A DNA stretch of 64,000 nucleotides from an uncultured delta proteobacterium (GCA_963815115.1 CAWFFN010000009.1:1216001-1280000), one strand, 5' to 3'; shown: positions 9,434 to 19,151, counted from the stretch's first letter. Notes: generated from the sequence alone by a model not told the origin. Numbers and translations are program-made.

Positions 9434-10201
9434 TCAGTCGAGCAGGTTCTCCACCTTCTCCAGGAAGGCGCGGCTCGGCGAGCCGTACATCGTCGTGGTG
9501 GTGGTCGTGCTGGCGACGGTGCTCGTCGTCGTGCTGGTCGGTGCAGCGGTGGTGCTCGTCGTGGTCACCGTGGGGCAGATCCCCTCGTTGGTCGGCTTCT
9601 TCGCCGAGAACACCTTGGCATCGACGTTCTTGATCTTCGACTCGATTCCGAACTGCACCGAGTACCGGTCGCCGGCCCCGGCCGACGTGCCGAGCTTGAG
9701 GGCCATGCAGCCGCTCGTGCCCGAATCCGGCGGAACGACGGAGATCGTCCCGTGCTTGGCGCTGATCTTGGCCTTGATCGAGAAGGCGCCGTTCGCCGTC
9801 CGCTTGATGATCACGCTCTTGACCGGACCCTGGTCGCCCTTGCCGTCCTTGTACTTGTAGGCCACGACGGGGCTTCCGACTGACGTCCAGAACGACTTCC
9901 CGGTGCTGCTGATACCCTGAGGCAGCGGGAAGGACTGGCTGGTCGGGTTGGCGCCGTTCGCGATGACGTCGAGTATGGCTCCACCGGAGCTGCCGGCGAG
10001 AGTGGGGTTGCCGACCAGGGTGCTGCTGCTGCCCTTCTCCTTGGCCGAGCCCTTGATGCTGCGCTTGCTCGCGTCGACACCCGCGGTCGGGTCCTTCACG
10101 GTCAAGGACTTGCCGAGGATCTGCTGATCGTCGGCGTAGGCGAGGCCCGCGGCGAACGCGATTCCCCCGGCCAGCGCCACGAGCTTCGAAAACTCTCGCA
10201 T
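9434..10201 (-). CDS. Secreted protein with Thr-rich linker and GSPSRAFL C-terminal tail
   Basis: Signal peptide AYA-DD; strong RBS; TTGACA at 10297-10302 (minus); ends TTTTTTMYGSPSRAFLEKVENLLD. Confidence 0.85.
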   Translation of the reverse strand: MREFSKLVALAGGIAFAAGLAYADDQQILGKSLTVKDPTAGVDASKRSIKGSAKEKGSSSTLVGNPTLAGSSGGAILDVIANGANPTSQSFPLPQGISSTGKSFWTSVGSPVVAYKYKDGKGDQGPVKSVIIKRTANGAFSIKAKISAKHGTISVVPPDSGTSGCMALKLGTSAGAGDRYSVQFGIESKIKNVDAKVFSAKKPTNEGICPTVTTTSTTAAPTSTTTSTVASTTTTTTMYGSPSRAFLEKVENLLD

Positions 10202-10337
10202 GTGCTTCCCTCCCTCGTTTTGCTCAGGCCGCAGGTCTCGTCGCGGCAGCTCGGATTACTCGTCGGAGCAAGCGCCTATCGTTTCGCGGCGTCCCTTGTC
10301 AAGGAAATTGCACTACGCATGCTTGAATTGCTCCGGG

Positions 10338-10799
10338 TCACGTTTTCGACGCGCCGCGGGGTCGGAGATCGAGATCCGGGGGTGGAGCGTCGGGAAGCTT
10401 CCAGTAGATGTACGGCTTCTCCTTCAGCTCGTGGTATGCGTTCGCGGCCTCGATCGCCGCTTGGAACGCGCGATCGAAGGCGGTGAAATCCTTCTGCTCG
10501 ATCGTCGCCTCGAGCGGCTTCCAGTTCTCCGCCAGGTACTGGTTGATCGCGGCCTCGTGCTTGGGGCGCATGAAGGCCCCCATCTCGAACAGGCCGATGA
10601 TCTCCTTGTACTGGAACTTTGCCATAGGCCAGTTGGCGAGCTTGGCGGCGTAGTACAGCTTCCAGGTGCGCGCGCCGATCTCCGGCATGATGCGGGCGAG
10701 GCCTGGCTGGATCGTCGCCATGTCCTCGATCGTCATCGAGTTCTTGCCGCTCCAGAAGGTCATCGCCTTGACCTTCTCCTCGAGCTCCTTCTCGTTCAT
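10338..10799 (-). CDS. Conserved hypothetical helical protein (cytochrome c'-like family lacking CxxCH)
   Basis: PGLARIMPEIG...KLYYAA...NWPMA pattern; AANAYH sits where relatives carry CxxCH. Confidence 0.6.
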   Translation of the reverse strand: MNEKELEEKVKAMTFWSGKNSMTIEDMATIQPGLARIMPEIGARTWKLYYAAKLANWPMAKFQYKEIIGLFEMGAFMRPKHEAAINQYLAENWKPLEATIEQKDFTAFDRAFQAAIEAANAYHELKEKPYIYWKLPDAPPPDLDLRPRGASKT

Positions 10800-10887
10800 G
10801 AGTGATCTCCCAGCATGGTTGCAGGCGCGTTCAGCGCCCGGGTGGTTCCTGGATTGAATGGTGCCGGGCCGTGGGAGGCAGTTCTGA

Positions 10888-12306
10888 CTACCAGCCCAGG
10901 GGCCAGCGAGGGTGCCACGGGCGCTCGCGCTCGAAGGCGCGCCCTACCTGCAGCGCGAGGTCGTCGCGGTGTCGCTGGGCGACGATCTGCATGCCGACGG
11001 GAAGCCCTCGCCGCGACATTCCGGCGCGGACGGTGGCTGCCGGATGCCAGGAGAGGTTGAAGGGGATGGTGAAGGAGCCGACGTTCGACCACGGCTGCGG
11101 TCGGCCTTCCGTCTCCGTGGGGTAGGGCCCCGGAGCGGGGTAGGGATCGAAGGGGACGGTGGGCATGACCAGCACGTCGTAGCGATCGAACGCGTCGGCG
11201 CACCAGACGTTCAAGTCGGCGCGCAGCTTGGCCAGCATGGCCCACTGCACCTGGCTCATCTGCGCCGTCGTCCTGAATCCGGCGAGCAGCCCCCGGCCGA
11301 CGAGTTCCTCGCGACCCTCCAGGTGCTCGTGCAGGCGAGCCCCGAGCAGGAATGCGCCGAGAAGTCCCCACGGCCGGCCGAGCTCGGGCGGCCCGCCCTC
11401 CAGCCGCGAGACGCGATGGCCGAGGCGCCCCAGAACACCGACGGCATCCTCGACGATCTCCGCCACGTCCGATTGCACCACCGCATAGCCGAGGTCCGGC
11501 GAGAACCCGATGCGCAGCCCGGAAGGCAGGGGCTCTGCTACCTTCGCGGCATAGGAGTAGCCTGGCTCCGGCAAGCTGTACGGATCGATCGGCGAGAATC
11601 CCGCCACCTGATCCAGGAACAGCGCCGCGTCCGCGACCGTCTTGGTGAGCGGCCCGTAGACCGCGGTTGCGCCGTATTCCCACAGGTCCTCGGGCTCGTG
11701 CGGGATGCGCCCGAAGGAGGTCTTCAGGCCGAAGCAGCCGGTGAAGCTCGCCGGGATGCGGATCGAGCCGCCGCCGTCGCTCGCGGTGACCAGCGGGAGC
11801 ACCGCCGCCGCCATCGCGGCGGACGAGCCGCCGCTCGAGCCGCCGGGGCTCAGCGCGAGGTCCCAGGGAGAGCGCGTGACGCCGTAGATGCGGTTCTTGG
11901 TGTACGCGGGCGCACCGAACTCGGGCGCGTTCGTCTTGCCGACGACGATGGCGCCGGCGGCCTTGAGGCGCGCCACCTGGACCGAGTCGTCGGCTGCGAT
12001 GCGCTCCGCGAACAGCGGCGACGCCTCGGTCGCCGGCAGCCCGGCGGCGTGCTCGAGCTCCTTCACGCCCAGCGGGATGCCCTCGAGCGGCCGTCCCTCG
12101 CCGCGCAGGATGCGCGCCTCGGAGGCCCGGGCGTCGGCCAGGCAGGCATCGGGGTCGCGCAGCGAGCAGATCGCGTTCAGGTCGCCGTCGGTCTCGTCGA
12201 TGCGGGCGAGCACGGCGTGCATGAGCTCGACCGGCGAGGCCCGGCGGGCCCGCAGCGTGTCACACAGCTCGACCAGGGTGAGGGTGAGCAGTTCGGAGAC
12301 CGGCAT
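10888..12306 (-). CDS. Amidase-signature family enzyme
   Basis: Motifs GIPLGVKE, GKTNAPEFG, PGGSSGGSSAA, SDGGGSIRIPASFTG. Confidence 0.92.
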   Translation of the reverse strand: MPVSELLTLTLVELCDTLRARRASPVELMHAVLARIDETDGDLNAICSLRDPDACLADARASEARILRGEGRPLEGIPLGVKELEHAAGLPATEASPLFAERIAADDSVQVARLKAAGAIVVGKTNAPEFGAPAYTKNRIYGVTRSPWDLALSPGGSSGGSSAAMAAAVLPLVTASDGGGSIRIPASFTGCFGLKTSFGRIPHEPEDLWEYGATAVYGPLTKTVADAALFLDQVAGFSPIDPYSLPEPGYSYAAKVAEPLPSGLRIGFSPDLGYAVVQSDVAEIVEDAVGVLGRLGHRVSRLEGGPPELGRPWGLLGAFLLGARLHEHLEGREELVGRGLLAGFRTTAQMSQVQWAMLAKLRADLNVWCADAFDRYDVLVMPTVPFDPYPAPGPYPTETEGRPQPWSNVGSFTIPFNLSWHPAATVRAGMSRRGLPVGMQIVAQRHRDDLALQVGRAFERERPWHPRWPLGW

Positions 12307-12347
12307 CGCGGGGTGGTTACCACCAGCGAGGGCGAGGGGGAAGAGCG

Positions 12348-12449
12348 CGACCCGAGACTTCGTCTCGGGTCGGAAGCGGAGGCGAGCGTGTGGCGTTCGG
12401 TGAAGCGAGCGGACGCCGTGCCGCGGCCGGCGAAGCCGGCGCGGCAAAC
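12348..12449 (+). repeat. REP-like two-hairpin repeat, copy 1
   Basis: CGACCCGAGAC-TTC-GTCTCGGGTCG ... GCCGCGGCCGGC-GAA-GCCGGCGCGGC. Confidence 0.8.
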
Positions 12450-12523
12450 CTAGGCACGCCCGAGGCTATTCGCCCAACCCGCCGTGCGCCGCCCGCGAGC
12501 GTGACGTCTCAGCTACAGCTCGC

Positions 12524-12637
12524 GCTCCGGAACGTCTGCCGCGGCGGCTTCGCCGCCCGCGGCACGCCGTCCGCACCGTGCATCCCGTCTCACGCTCGCT
12601 CTCCCTCCCGACCCGAGACGAAGTCTCGGGTCGGGAG
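12524..12637 (-). repeat. REP-like two-hairpin repeat, copy 2 (inverted relative to copy 1)
   Basis: Reverse complement aligns with 12348-12449 and 35085-35194. Confidence 0.8.
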
Positions 12638-13648
12638 CTATTCCCGGAGCAGCACGTCGAGGGCGAAGCGCATCCGCTTCAGCGCCCGGCCGAGGGCGTT
12701 GCGGTGGATGTTCCGGCGCAGCGCCACGAGCGCCTTCCGCTGCAGGCCGTAGCGCAGCGGCGCCTGGCGTTTGAGCGGGACCGGCGCGCCCCTCGCCGCC
12801 TCGAGCTGAGCGACGATCCGCTCGCGCGGGTAGCCGAGGGTGATGAGATCGGCGGGGTCGAGCTCGTCGAGGACCCGGCCGACGAGCGCCAGCGTGTCGG
12901 GACTCGACGCGATCTCTGCGGCCCACTTGCTCACCGAGCTGGTCACCGGCCGGGTGTGGCGTGCGACGCCCGTCGGGTCGCCGAGACCCTCGAAGGCCTC
13001 GCCGCTCTCGCCGTAGCGGATCATCGCTTCCTCGAACGGCACGCCGAGGTGCTCGCAGATGCGCCGCACGCTGGCCTCGGGCTCCTCCACCAGCTCCTCG
13101 TACTTCACCCACACGCGCGGCACCGGGGGCTCTCGCACCATGCGGGCCAGCTCGGGCACGTAGCGCTGCAGGATGGGATTGTGATCGAGCGCCACGTGGT
13201 AGTCGCCGGCGAAGAACGACTCGACGTACGACGACAGCACGGCGAGCGGATGCCGGGTCAGCACGACGTACTTCGCGCCGGGATAGAGCCGCGTGAGAAA
13301 GGGCAGCACGAGCGCGTACGCCGGTGTCTTGTCGAGGAACAGGCGCTTCCCCGCCGGCGCCCGCTCCATCAGCTGGGCGTACATCGCGTCGGTGTAGGCG
13401 CGGAGCGCGTCGAGGTATCCGGCCTCGTGGCGTGGAATCTCCTCGACGACTTCCCGGATCGCCTGCTCGACGTTGTTGGCGTCGTAGGGCGCCTTCTGCA
13501 CCTTCCCGAAGTAGCCGAGGTGCGCGATCGGCGTGATCAGGTGCGGCTCGGCACGGCCGTGGATCTGCGAATGCGCGCTCAGCATGCGCGCCAGGAGCGT
13601 GGTCCCCGAGCGTGGCGCTCCGATCAGGAAGATGAGCCGATCCTGCAT
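12638..13648 (-). CDS. Sulfotransferase
   Basis: PAPS loop IFLIGAPRSGTTLL; DKTP; RHPLAVLSS; VKYEELV. Confidence 0.9.
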   Translation of the reverse strand: MQDRLIFLIGAPRSGTTLLARMLSAHSQIHGRAEPHLITPIAHLGYFGKVQKAPYDANNVEQAIREVVEEIPRHEAGYLDALRAYTDAMYAQLMERAPAGKRLFLDKTPAYALVLPFLTRLYPGAKYVVLTRHPLAVLSSYVESFFAGDYHVALDHNPILQRYVPELARMVREPPVPRVWVKYEELVEEPEASVRRICEHLGVPFEEAMIRYGESGEAFEGLGDPTGVARHTRPVTSSVSKWAAEIASSPDTLALVGRVLDELDPADLITLGYPRERIVAQLEAARGAPVPLKRQAPLRYGLQRKALVALRRNIHRNALGRALKRMRFALDVLLRE

Positions 13649-13654
13649 CGCGCC

Positions 13655-15187
13655 CTATCGCCCGGTCTCGTGCGCACGCGCCCAGCGCTCGCGCAGGAGC
13701 GTCTTCTGCACCTGGCGCGTCGACGCCGTGCGTGGCAGGGCGTCGAGGACCAGCACGTGGCGCGGCTTCTTGTAGCCGGCCAGCCGGGTGCGCACGTGCC
13801 CGACCACCTCGTCCTCGCCCAGCGCCGCTCCCGCCTGCGCTACGACGGCCGCGACGACGATCTCGCCCCAGCGTTCGTCGGGAACGCCGAAGACCGCGGC
13901 CTCGGCGACCGCGGGGTGCTCCAGCAGGCAGCGCTCGACCTCGGCCGGATACACGTTCTCGCCTCCGCACTTGATCATCTCGCGGACCCGACCGGCGATG
14001 TGGAGGAAGCCGTCGCCGTCGAAGGTGCCGAGGTCGCCGGTATGGAGCCAGCCGTCGCGCAACGCCTCGGCCGTCGCGTCCGGCATGCGCCAGTAGCCCA
14101 GCATCGTGAACTCGCTGCGGCAGACGATCTCGCCGACGTCGCCCGTGCCGGCGCGGGCTCCGTCGGCGCCGACGAGCGACACGTCCACGTTGACGACGGG
14201 GCGCCCGACCGAGGTCGGCTTGCGCAGCACGTCGCGCGGCCGCAGCGTCGCGATCGGACCCGCCTCGCTCTGGCCGTAGGCGACGAACAGGTTCGGGTTG
14301 CGGAAGCGCTCGACGATGGCGCGCACCTGTCCCTCGGTCATCACCGACGTCCCGCTGCCGAGCGCGCGCAACGACGACAGGTCGGCGCGGTCGAACCCGG
14401 GCAGTGAGAGCACGGAATCGAAGAGGGTGGGGATGAGGTACAGGTAGGTGACGCGCTCGTGGCCGACCAGGCGCAGGATCTCGCCGGGATCGGCACGCTC
14501 CATCAGGATGACGCATCCCCCGTTCGCCCAGTAGCCGAGCGGCATCGCCCAGCCGCCCATGTGAAACATGGGGAACATGCACAGCCCGACGTCGTCCTCG
14601 CCGAGCCCCGTCGTGCCCTGGGTCTGCGCCGCCTGCAGCACGTAGCTGCGGTGCGAGAGCAGGGCGCCCTTGGGATCGCCGGTGGTGCCGCTGGTGTAGA
14701 GCATGACGTGCGGGTCGCGCTCCTCGACGTCGGACTCCGGCTCGGCGTCGCTGGCGCGCGCCAGGAGATGCGCCGCGCTGCCGGTGTGCTCGCCGTCGAG
14801 CGCGATCACGTGTCGCAGCGTCGGCAGGTCGGGCCCCAGCGAGCGCGCCATGTCCTCGAAGTCGCGCGCGACGAGGAGCACGGCTGCCTCCGACTGCGCG
14901 AGCGCGTAGCGCACCTCGTCCGCCTTCCAGCGGAAGTTGAGCGGCACGTGAATCGCCCCCAGCTTGGCGGCGGCGAAGTAGAGCGCGGGGTACTCGAGCC
15001 GGTTCATGGCGAGGGTGGCGACCCGGTCGCCACGAGCCACCCCGAGCCCGCGCAGCGCGTGCGCGAACCGGTTCGCCAGCGCGTTCAGCTGGCCATAGGT
15101 GACCCGAGCCGCCCCGATGACGTAGGCCGTGCGCTCGTGCCGGTGGCGTGCCTGGCGGCGGACGATCTCCCCGAGCAGCAGCGCCAT
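13655..15187 (-). CDS. Long-chain acyl-CoA synthetase (AMP-binding)
   Basis: Motifs YTSGTTGDPKG, YGQSE, GWLHTGD, GGENVYPAEVE. Confidence 0.92.
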   Translation of the reverse strand: MALLLGEIVRRQARHRHERTAYVIGAARVTYGQLNALANRFAHALRGLGVARGDRVATLAMNRLEYPALYFAAAKLGAIHVPLNFRWKADEVRYALAQSEAAVLLVARDFEDMARSLGPDLPTLRHVIALDGEHTGSAAHLLARASDAEPESDVEERDPHVMLYTSGTTGDPKGALLSHRSYVLQAAQTQGTTGLGEDDVGLCMFPMFHMGGWAMPLGYWANGGCVILMERADPGEILRLVGHERVTYLYLIPTLFDSVLSLPGFDRADLSSLRALGSGTSVMTEGQVRAIVERFRNPNLFVAYGQSEAGPIATLRPRDVLRKPTSVGRPVVNVDVSLVGADGARAGTGDVGEIVCRSEFTMLGYWRMPDATAEALRDGWLHTGDLGTFDGDGFLHIAGRVREMIKCGGENVYPAEVERCLLEHPAVAEAAVFGVPDERWGEIVVAAVVAQAGAALGEDEVVGHVRTRLAGYKKPRHVLVLDALPRTASTRQVQKTLLRERWARAHETGR

Positions 15188-15226
15188 GGCCGGGCTTCGT
15201 AGCAGGAAGCCCGGCCGCGCGCGACG

Positions 15227-16150
15227 TCAGAAGATGGTGGTCGTCGACGTGCTGCTGGTCGTGGTCTGGCCAGCGATCGTCGTGGTGCTCGTGCTCGAGG
15301 TCGTGTTGGTGGTGGTCGTGGTGCTGGTGGTGGGCGTGCAGAGACTTTCCGCGTCCCTGTCGTCGGCGCACGCGTCCGAGGACTCGCACTGGGAACAGCA
15401 GGCGAGGTAGGTGATCGACGGGTTCTCGGCGTCAGCCGCGCAGGTCTGCCGCAGCTGGGCGCACTGGGCGTTGCGGCAGGCACGCTGGCAGAGGTTGAGC
15501 GCGTCCAGGTCGCCCTTGCAGGCGGTGTCGCACTGGTCGAAGCACCTGCCGACGACGGTCCGGATGCACCGCTGCTGGCAATTGCATCCCGGCGGCACGC
15601 CGCTCGACTGCTGCGGCACGGCGGCGGTCGTCTCGACGGCCGGCTTCACCGCCGAACTGCTGCCACCTTCGGTCTTGCAGGCCCGCTCGCACTGCCGGCG
15701 CACCCTCTTCGCCGTCGCGAAGTAGTTCGGATCGGCGCCGCAGGCCACCTGGCGGCACACGGCCCGCACCTGATTCCTGAAGCGCTGCTGACAGATCTGC
15801 CTCTGCGCGTCGCGCTGGGCGCGGCACCCTCTCACGCAGGTGAGATTGAGCGCGCACACGCCGGGTTTCGGGCTCGCGCACTGGCCGGTACAGGTGGAGA
15901 AGAACGGCGGGTCGCAGTCGCCCCCGATGCAGCCGAGGCAGGAGTCGAGGCCGTCGACCGCGTCGGCGAGCTGATCGGAGCATCCGGCGCAGTCCGGGCA
16001 TTTGAGACACACGGACGGCTCGTTCACCGCGTCCTGGAAGTCCTCGCGGCAGGTCTGGCGGCAGTCCCTGACGTCGCTGCTGGCGGCTCCGGATGTCGTC
16101 GCGATCCACAGCACGAGCCCCACCACCGCCCACCCGAGCGACCCACGCAT
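15227..16150 (-). CDS. Secreted cysteine-rich protein with Thr-rich C-terminus
   Basis: Signal peptide MRGSLGWAVVGLVLW; many CxxxC motifs; T/S tail. Confidence 0.75.
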   Translation of the reverse strand: MRGSLGWAVVGLVLWIATTSGAASSDVRDCRQTCREDFQDAVNEPSVCLKCPDCAGCSDQLADAVDGLDSCLGCIGGDCDPPFFSTCTGQCASPKPGVCALNLTCVRGCRAQRDAQRQICQQRFRNQVRAVCRQVACGADPNYFATAKRVRRQCERACKTEGGSSSAVKPAVETTAAVPQQSSGVPPGCNCQQRCIRTVVGRCFDQCDTACKGDLDALNLCQRACRNAQCAQLRQTCAADAENPSITYLACCSQCESSDACADDRDAESLCTPTTSTTTTTNTTSSTSTTTIAGQTTTSSTSTTTIF

Positions 16151-16291
16151 GGAGGAAACCATGAAGGTCGCCGGGCATGCCGTCAAACGTGGCCCTCCGA
16201 CGGCGTACGATCGGGCGTTCGATTGACACTCGCAAGGAACGCATGTTAGCCGGGCGCCCTCTGCGCCAGGAAGGTTAGTCCGGAGGTTCGC

Positions 16292-17248
16292 ATGGGAAAG
16301 CTGCTCGAGGGCAAGGTCGCGGTCGTCACCGGTTCGGGCCGGGGCATCGGCCGGGGCATCGCGCTGGCGCTCGGCGCCGAGGGCGCGAAGGTGGTGGTCA
16401 ACGACGTCGGCTGCGCGACCGACGGCCGCGGCACCGACGCCGATCCCGCCGCCCAGGTGTGCAAGGAGCTGAAGGGCCTCGGGACCGAGGGCGCACCCAG
16501 CTACGACAGCGTCGCCGAGTTCGACAGCGCGGGCAAGATCATCAAGACCGCCCTCGACGCGTGGGGCCGCTGCGACATCCTGGTCAACAACGCCGGCATC
16601 CTGCGCGACAAGCAGCTCGTCAACATGTCGCCCGAGGACTTCGACGCCGTGCTGAAGGTGCACCTGTACGGCGGCTTCAACTGCTGCCGGCACGCGCTGC
16701 CGGTGATGCGCGAGCAGGGCTACGGACGCATCGTCAACATCGTGTCGAGCGCGGGGCTGCGCGGCAACTTTGGCCAGGCGAACTACGGCGCCGGCAAGGC
16801 CGCGCTGATGGGCCTCACCTTCGTGATCGCCGTCGAGCACATGAAGGGCAACGCCGAGGGCAAGTACTCGATCACGGCCAATGCGCTGGCGCCGGCCGGC
16901 ATGACCCGCATGGTCGGTCAGATTCCCGGCATGGAGGGCCGCCCGGTGCCGCCCGAGATGAATCCGGACCTGAACGGCCCCATGGTCGCGTATCTCGCCT
17001 CCGAGGAGGCGCGCCACGTGAACGGCCAGGTGTTCGGGCGGCGCGGCTACGCGTTCACGCTCTTCCAGACGCCGAAGCCCATCGCGGCCCTCTACAAGGA
17101 GGGCGGCTGGACGGCGGGTGAGATCGCGAAGAACTTCGACGCCGCGTTCCTCGACCACCTGAACGTGCCCGGCATTCCCATGACCGCGGCGATGAAGGAG
17201 GCGGCCGCGAAGGCGGCCGCAGCCAAGAGCGCCGCCGGAAAGAGCTGA
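16292..17248 (+). CDS. Short-chain dehydrogenase/reductase (MFE-2-like 3-hydroxyacyl-CoA dehydrogenase)
   Basis: Motifs TGSGRGIG, NNAGILRD, GNFGQANYGAGK. Confidence 0.92.
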   Translation: MGKLLEGKVAVVTGSGRGIGRGIALALGAEGAKVVVNDVGCATDGRGTDADPAAQVCKELKGLGTEGAPSYDSVAEFDSAGKIIKTALDAWGRCDILVNNAGILRDKQLVNMSPEDFDAVLKVHLYGGFNCCRHALPVMREQGYGRIVNIVSSAGLRGNFGQANYGAGKAALMGLTFVIAVEHMKGNAEGKYSITANALAPAGMTRMVGQIPGMEGRPVPPEMNPDLNGPMVAYLASEEARHVNGQVFGRRGYAFTLFQTPKPIAALYKEGGWTAGEIAKNFDAAFLDHLNVPGIPMTAAMKEAAAKAAAAKSAAGKS

Positions 17249-17257
17249 GGACGCGCC

Positions 17258-17776
17258 ATGGCGTCGCGGGCGTTCTCGCACATCGGGCTCTCCACCCTGG
17301 ACCTCGATCGGACGCGCGCGTTCTACGAGGAGGTCCTCGGTTTCACCGCCGTTCGCTGCGACACCCTGGAGTTCGAGGAAGGCGGCCGCATCCGCCACGT
17401 CTTCTTCGATGCCGGCGACGGACAGCTGATCGCGTTCATGGAGCCGCGCGGCATCCCGGGCATGCCGGTCGAGTACGACGCGGGGATCAACCGCGGCCTC
17501 GGCGTGCCCGATGCCTTCTATCATTTCGCCTTCGAGGTGGCATCGCTGGAAGCGCTCGAGGCGAAGCGCGCCCAGCTCATCGCCAGGGGCGTCAAGGTGA
17601 CGCCGATCGTGGACCACGAGTGGATGAAGTCGATCTACTTCAAGGATCCGAACGGCCTCATGCTGGAGTATGCCTGGCAGGCCCGCGAGCTCGGACCCGA
17701 CGATGCGGTGATGCAGGTCCGCGAGCGGCTGAAGCTGCGCGGCCGCTCCCCGGTGACCGACTTCCGCGACCGGTGA
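17258..17776 (+). CDS. VOC/glyoxalase family protein
   Basis: Motifs HIGL, FYEEVLG, HFAF, SIYFKDPNGLMLE. Confidence 0.9.
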   Translation: MASRAFSHIGLSTLDLDRTRAFYEEVLGFTAVRCDTLEFEEGGRIRHVFFDAGDGQLIAFMEPRGIPGMPVEYDAGINRGLGVPDAFYHFAFEVASLEALEAKRAQLIARGVKVTPIVDHEWMKSIYFKDPNGLMLEYAWQARELGPDDAVMQVRERLKLRGRSPVTDFRDR

Positions 17777-17841
17777 GGGCCGCCCGACCCGCCGTCACGG
17801 GTCGGGCTGGCGGGAAGGGGCGGCGCGGAGACACCCGGGTT

Positions 17842-17857
17842 GCGACATCGTGTCGCA
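17842..17857 (+). repeat. attL core GCGACATCGTGTCGCA (RegA-box-like palindrome)
   Basis: Identical to 31406-31421 and 37791-37806. Confidence 0.85.
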
Positions 17858-17956
17858 CGCCGGCGGTCACGCCCGACCACGCCCGACCACAAGGGCTTGA
17901 AATCTCAAGGGTCGCCGGATCGGCGAGTGACCCCTGAGAGCACCGAGTGTCCACAC

Positions 17957-17978
17957 GTTCATGGACAGTTCATGGACA
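17957..17978 (+). repeat. Integrase arm-type sites (GTTCATGGACA x2), left end
   Basis: Tandem 11-mer, repeated at 31325-31346, right after the integrase stop. Confidence 0.75.
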
Positions 17979-17987
17979 GTCGCGGGC

Positions 17988-19123
17988 TTAGGACGTGCGC
18001 CGCAGCGGCAGGACGGTGCGCGGGCCGGGCGCTGCGAGGGCGGCGTCGAGCTTGGCCTGCGCCACGGCCAAGTCGTCGGTGCTGGTGACGTTGTACCGCG
18101 TGAGCATGCTGCGCGTCTTCCAGCCGCCGAGCTTCATGACGACGTCCTCCGGCACGCCGGCCCGGATGAGCGTCCGCGCGCCGCTGCGCCGCAGGTCGTG
18201 GAGCACGAGCCCGGCGAGGCCGGCGGCGGTGGTGCCCTGGGCCCAGATCCGGTCGAAGCGGCTGTGCCCACCGGCCGGCCGTTCAGGTGAAAGACGAAGG
18301 GCGAGGCCGCACTCCGGGCCTGCCACCGCCGCTCGAGCAGGGCGAGCAGCCGGCCGGTCACCGGCAGGGTCAGGGGCCGCTTGTTCTTGAGCACCCGCCC
18401 CGGCAGCTGAAGCGTACCGCCGACGACGTGCCCGGCTTCAACCTCGAGGGCGCACATCGACCAGGTGAGCAGGCGCGCGGCGTTCCGCCGCAGCAGTGTC
18501 AGGTACCCACACTCGACCAGGTCGGCGATGACCTCGTCCCGCTGTCGGAGCTCGCGGACCAGGGCATCGAACTCCGGCGGGTCGACAAAGCCCTCGCGTT
18601 CGTTGCCTTCCTCGGACCGCATGGTGATGGCGGGCATGCTCGGGAGGAGCTGCTTCTTGACGGCGAGCTTGAACCCGCGGCGGAGCACGCTCAGCTCCCG
18701 ATTGACCGTCGCCGGCTGCGCGCCCGCCGTGATGCGCGCGTCGGCGTAGCAGTCGACGTCGTCGGCCGTGATGTGCAGTGCCAGCATGTCGCCGAAGGTC
18801 TCGGCGAGGTGGGCGACGGTCTTGCCCGGCTGCTCGGCCGTGCCGAGCCGCTTGGCGGTGCGATTGCCCCGACGGGCGGCGTCGGCCCGCGCCAGCTCGA
18901 TGAGCTCCTCGAACGTCAGCTTGCGCGCCGCGGGGTCGACGTACTGCGGCGTGTCCGCCGCCTTCACCTTCTGCCGGAGCACGGTCCGCGCCTTGCGCTC
19001 GTCACGCTCGCCGGTCGATTCCTCGACGAGCTTGCCCTCGTGGTGGTAGCGCGCCCACCAGATGCCGCCACGGAGCCGGAGCGAGCCGGTGCCGCGCTCG
19101 CGTTTCGCGTTCTCAACGCTCAT
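17988..19123 (-). CDS. int: Tyrosine recombinase/integrase (frameshift near 18268)
   Basis: N-terminal RERGTGSL..RGGIWWARY arm-binding domain; PATVNRELSVLRR; HDLRRS, GGWKT, TRYN in the second frame. One extra G in a G-run would join the frames. Confidence 0.9.
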
Positions 19124-19151
19124 GCCGCATCCCTCCTGTGACGTCGCTCGT

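Noticed and set aside
17868-17890. CACGCCCGAC tandem duplication inside attL
   Set aside because: Only two copies and no counterpart at attR; cannot assign a role.
18260-18275. Programmed ribosomal frameshift in the integrase
   Set aside because: No slippery heptamer; the same 1-bp-deletion pattern in several genes points to sequencing error or decay.
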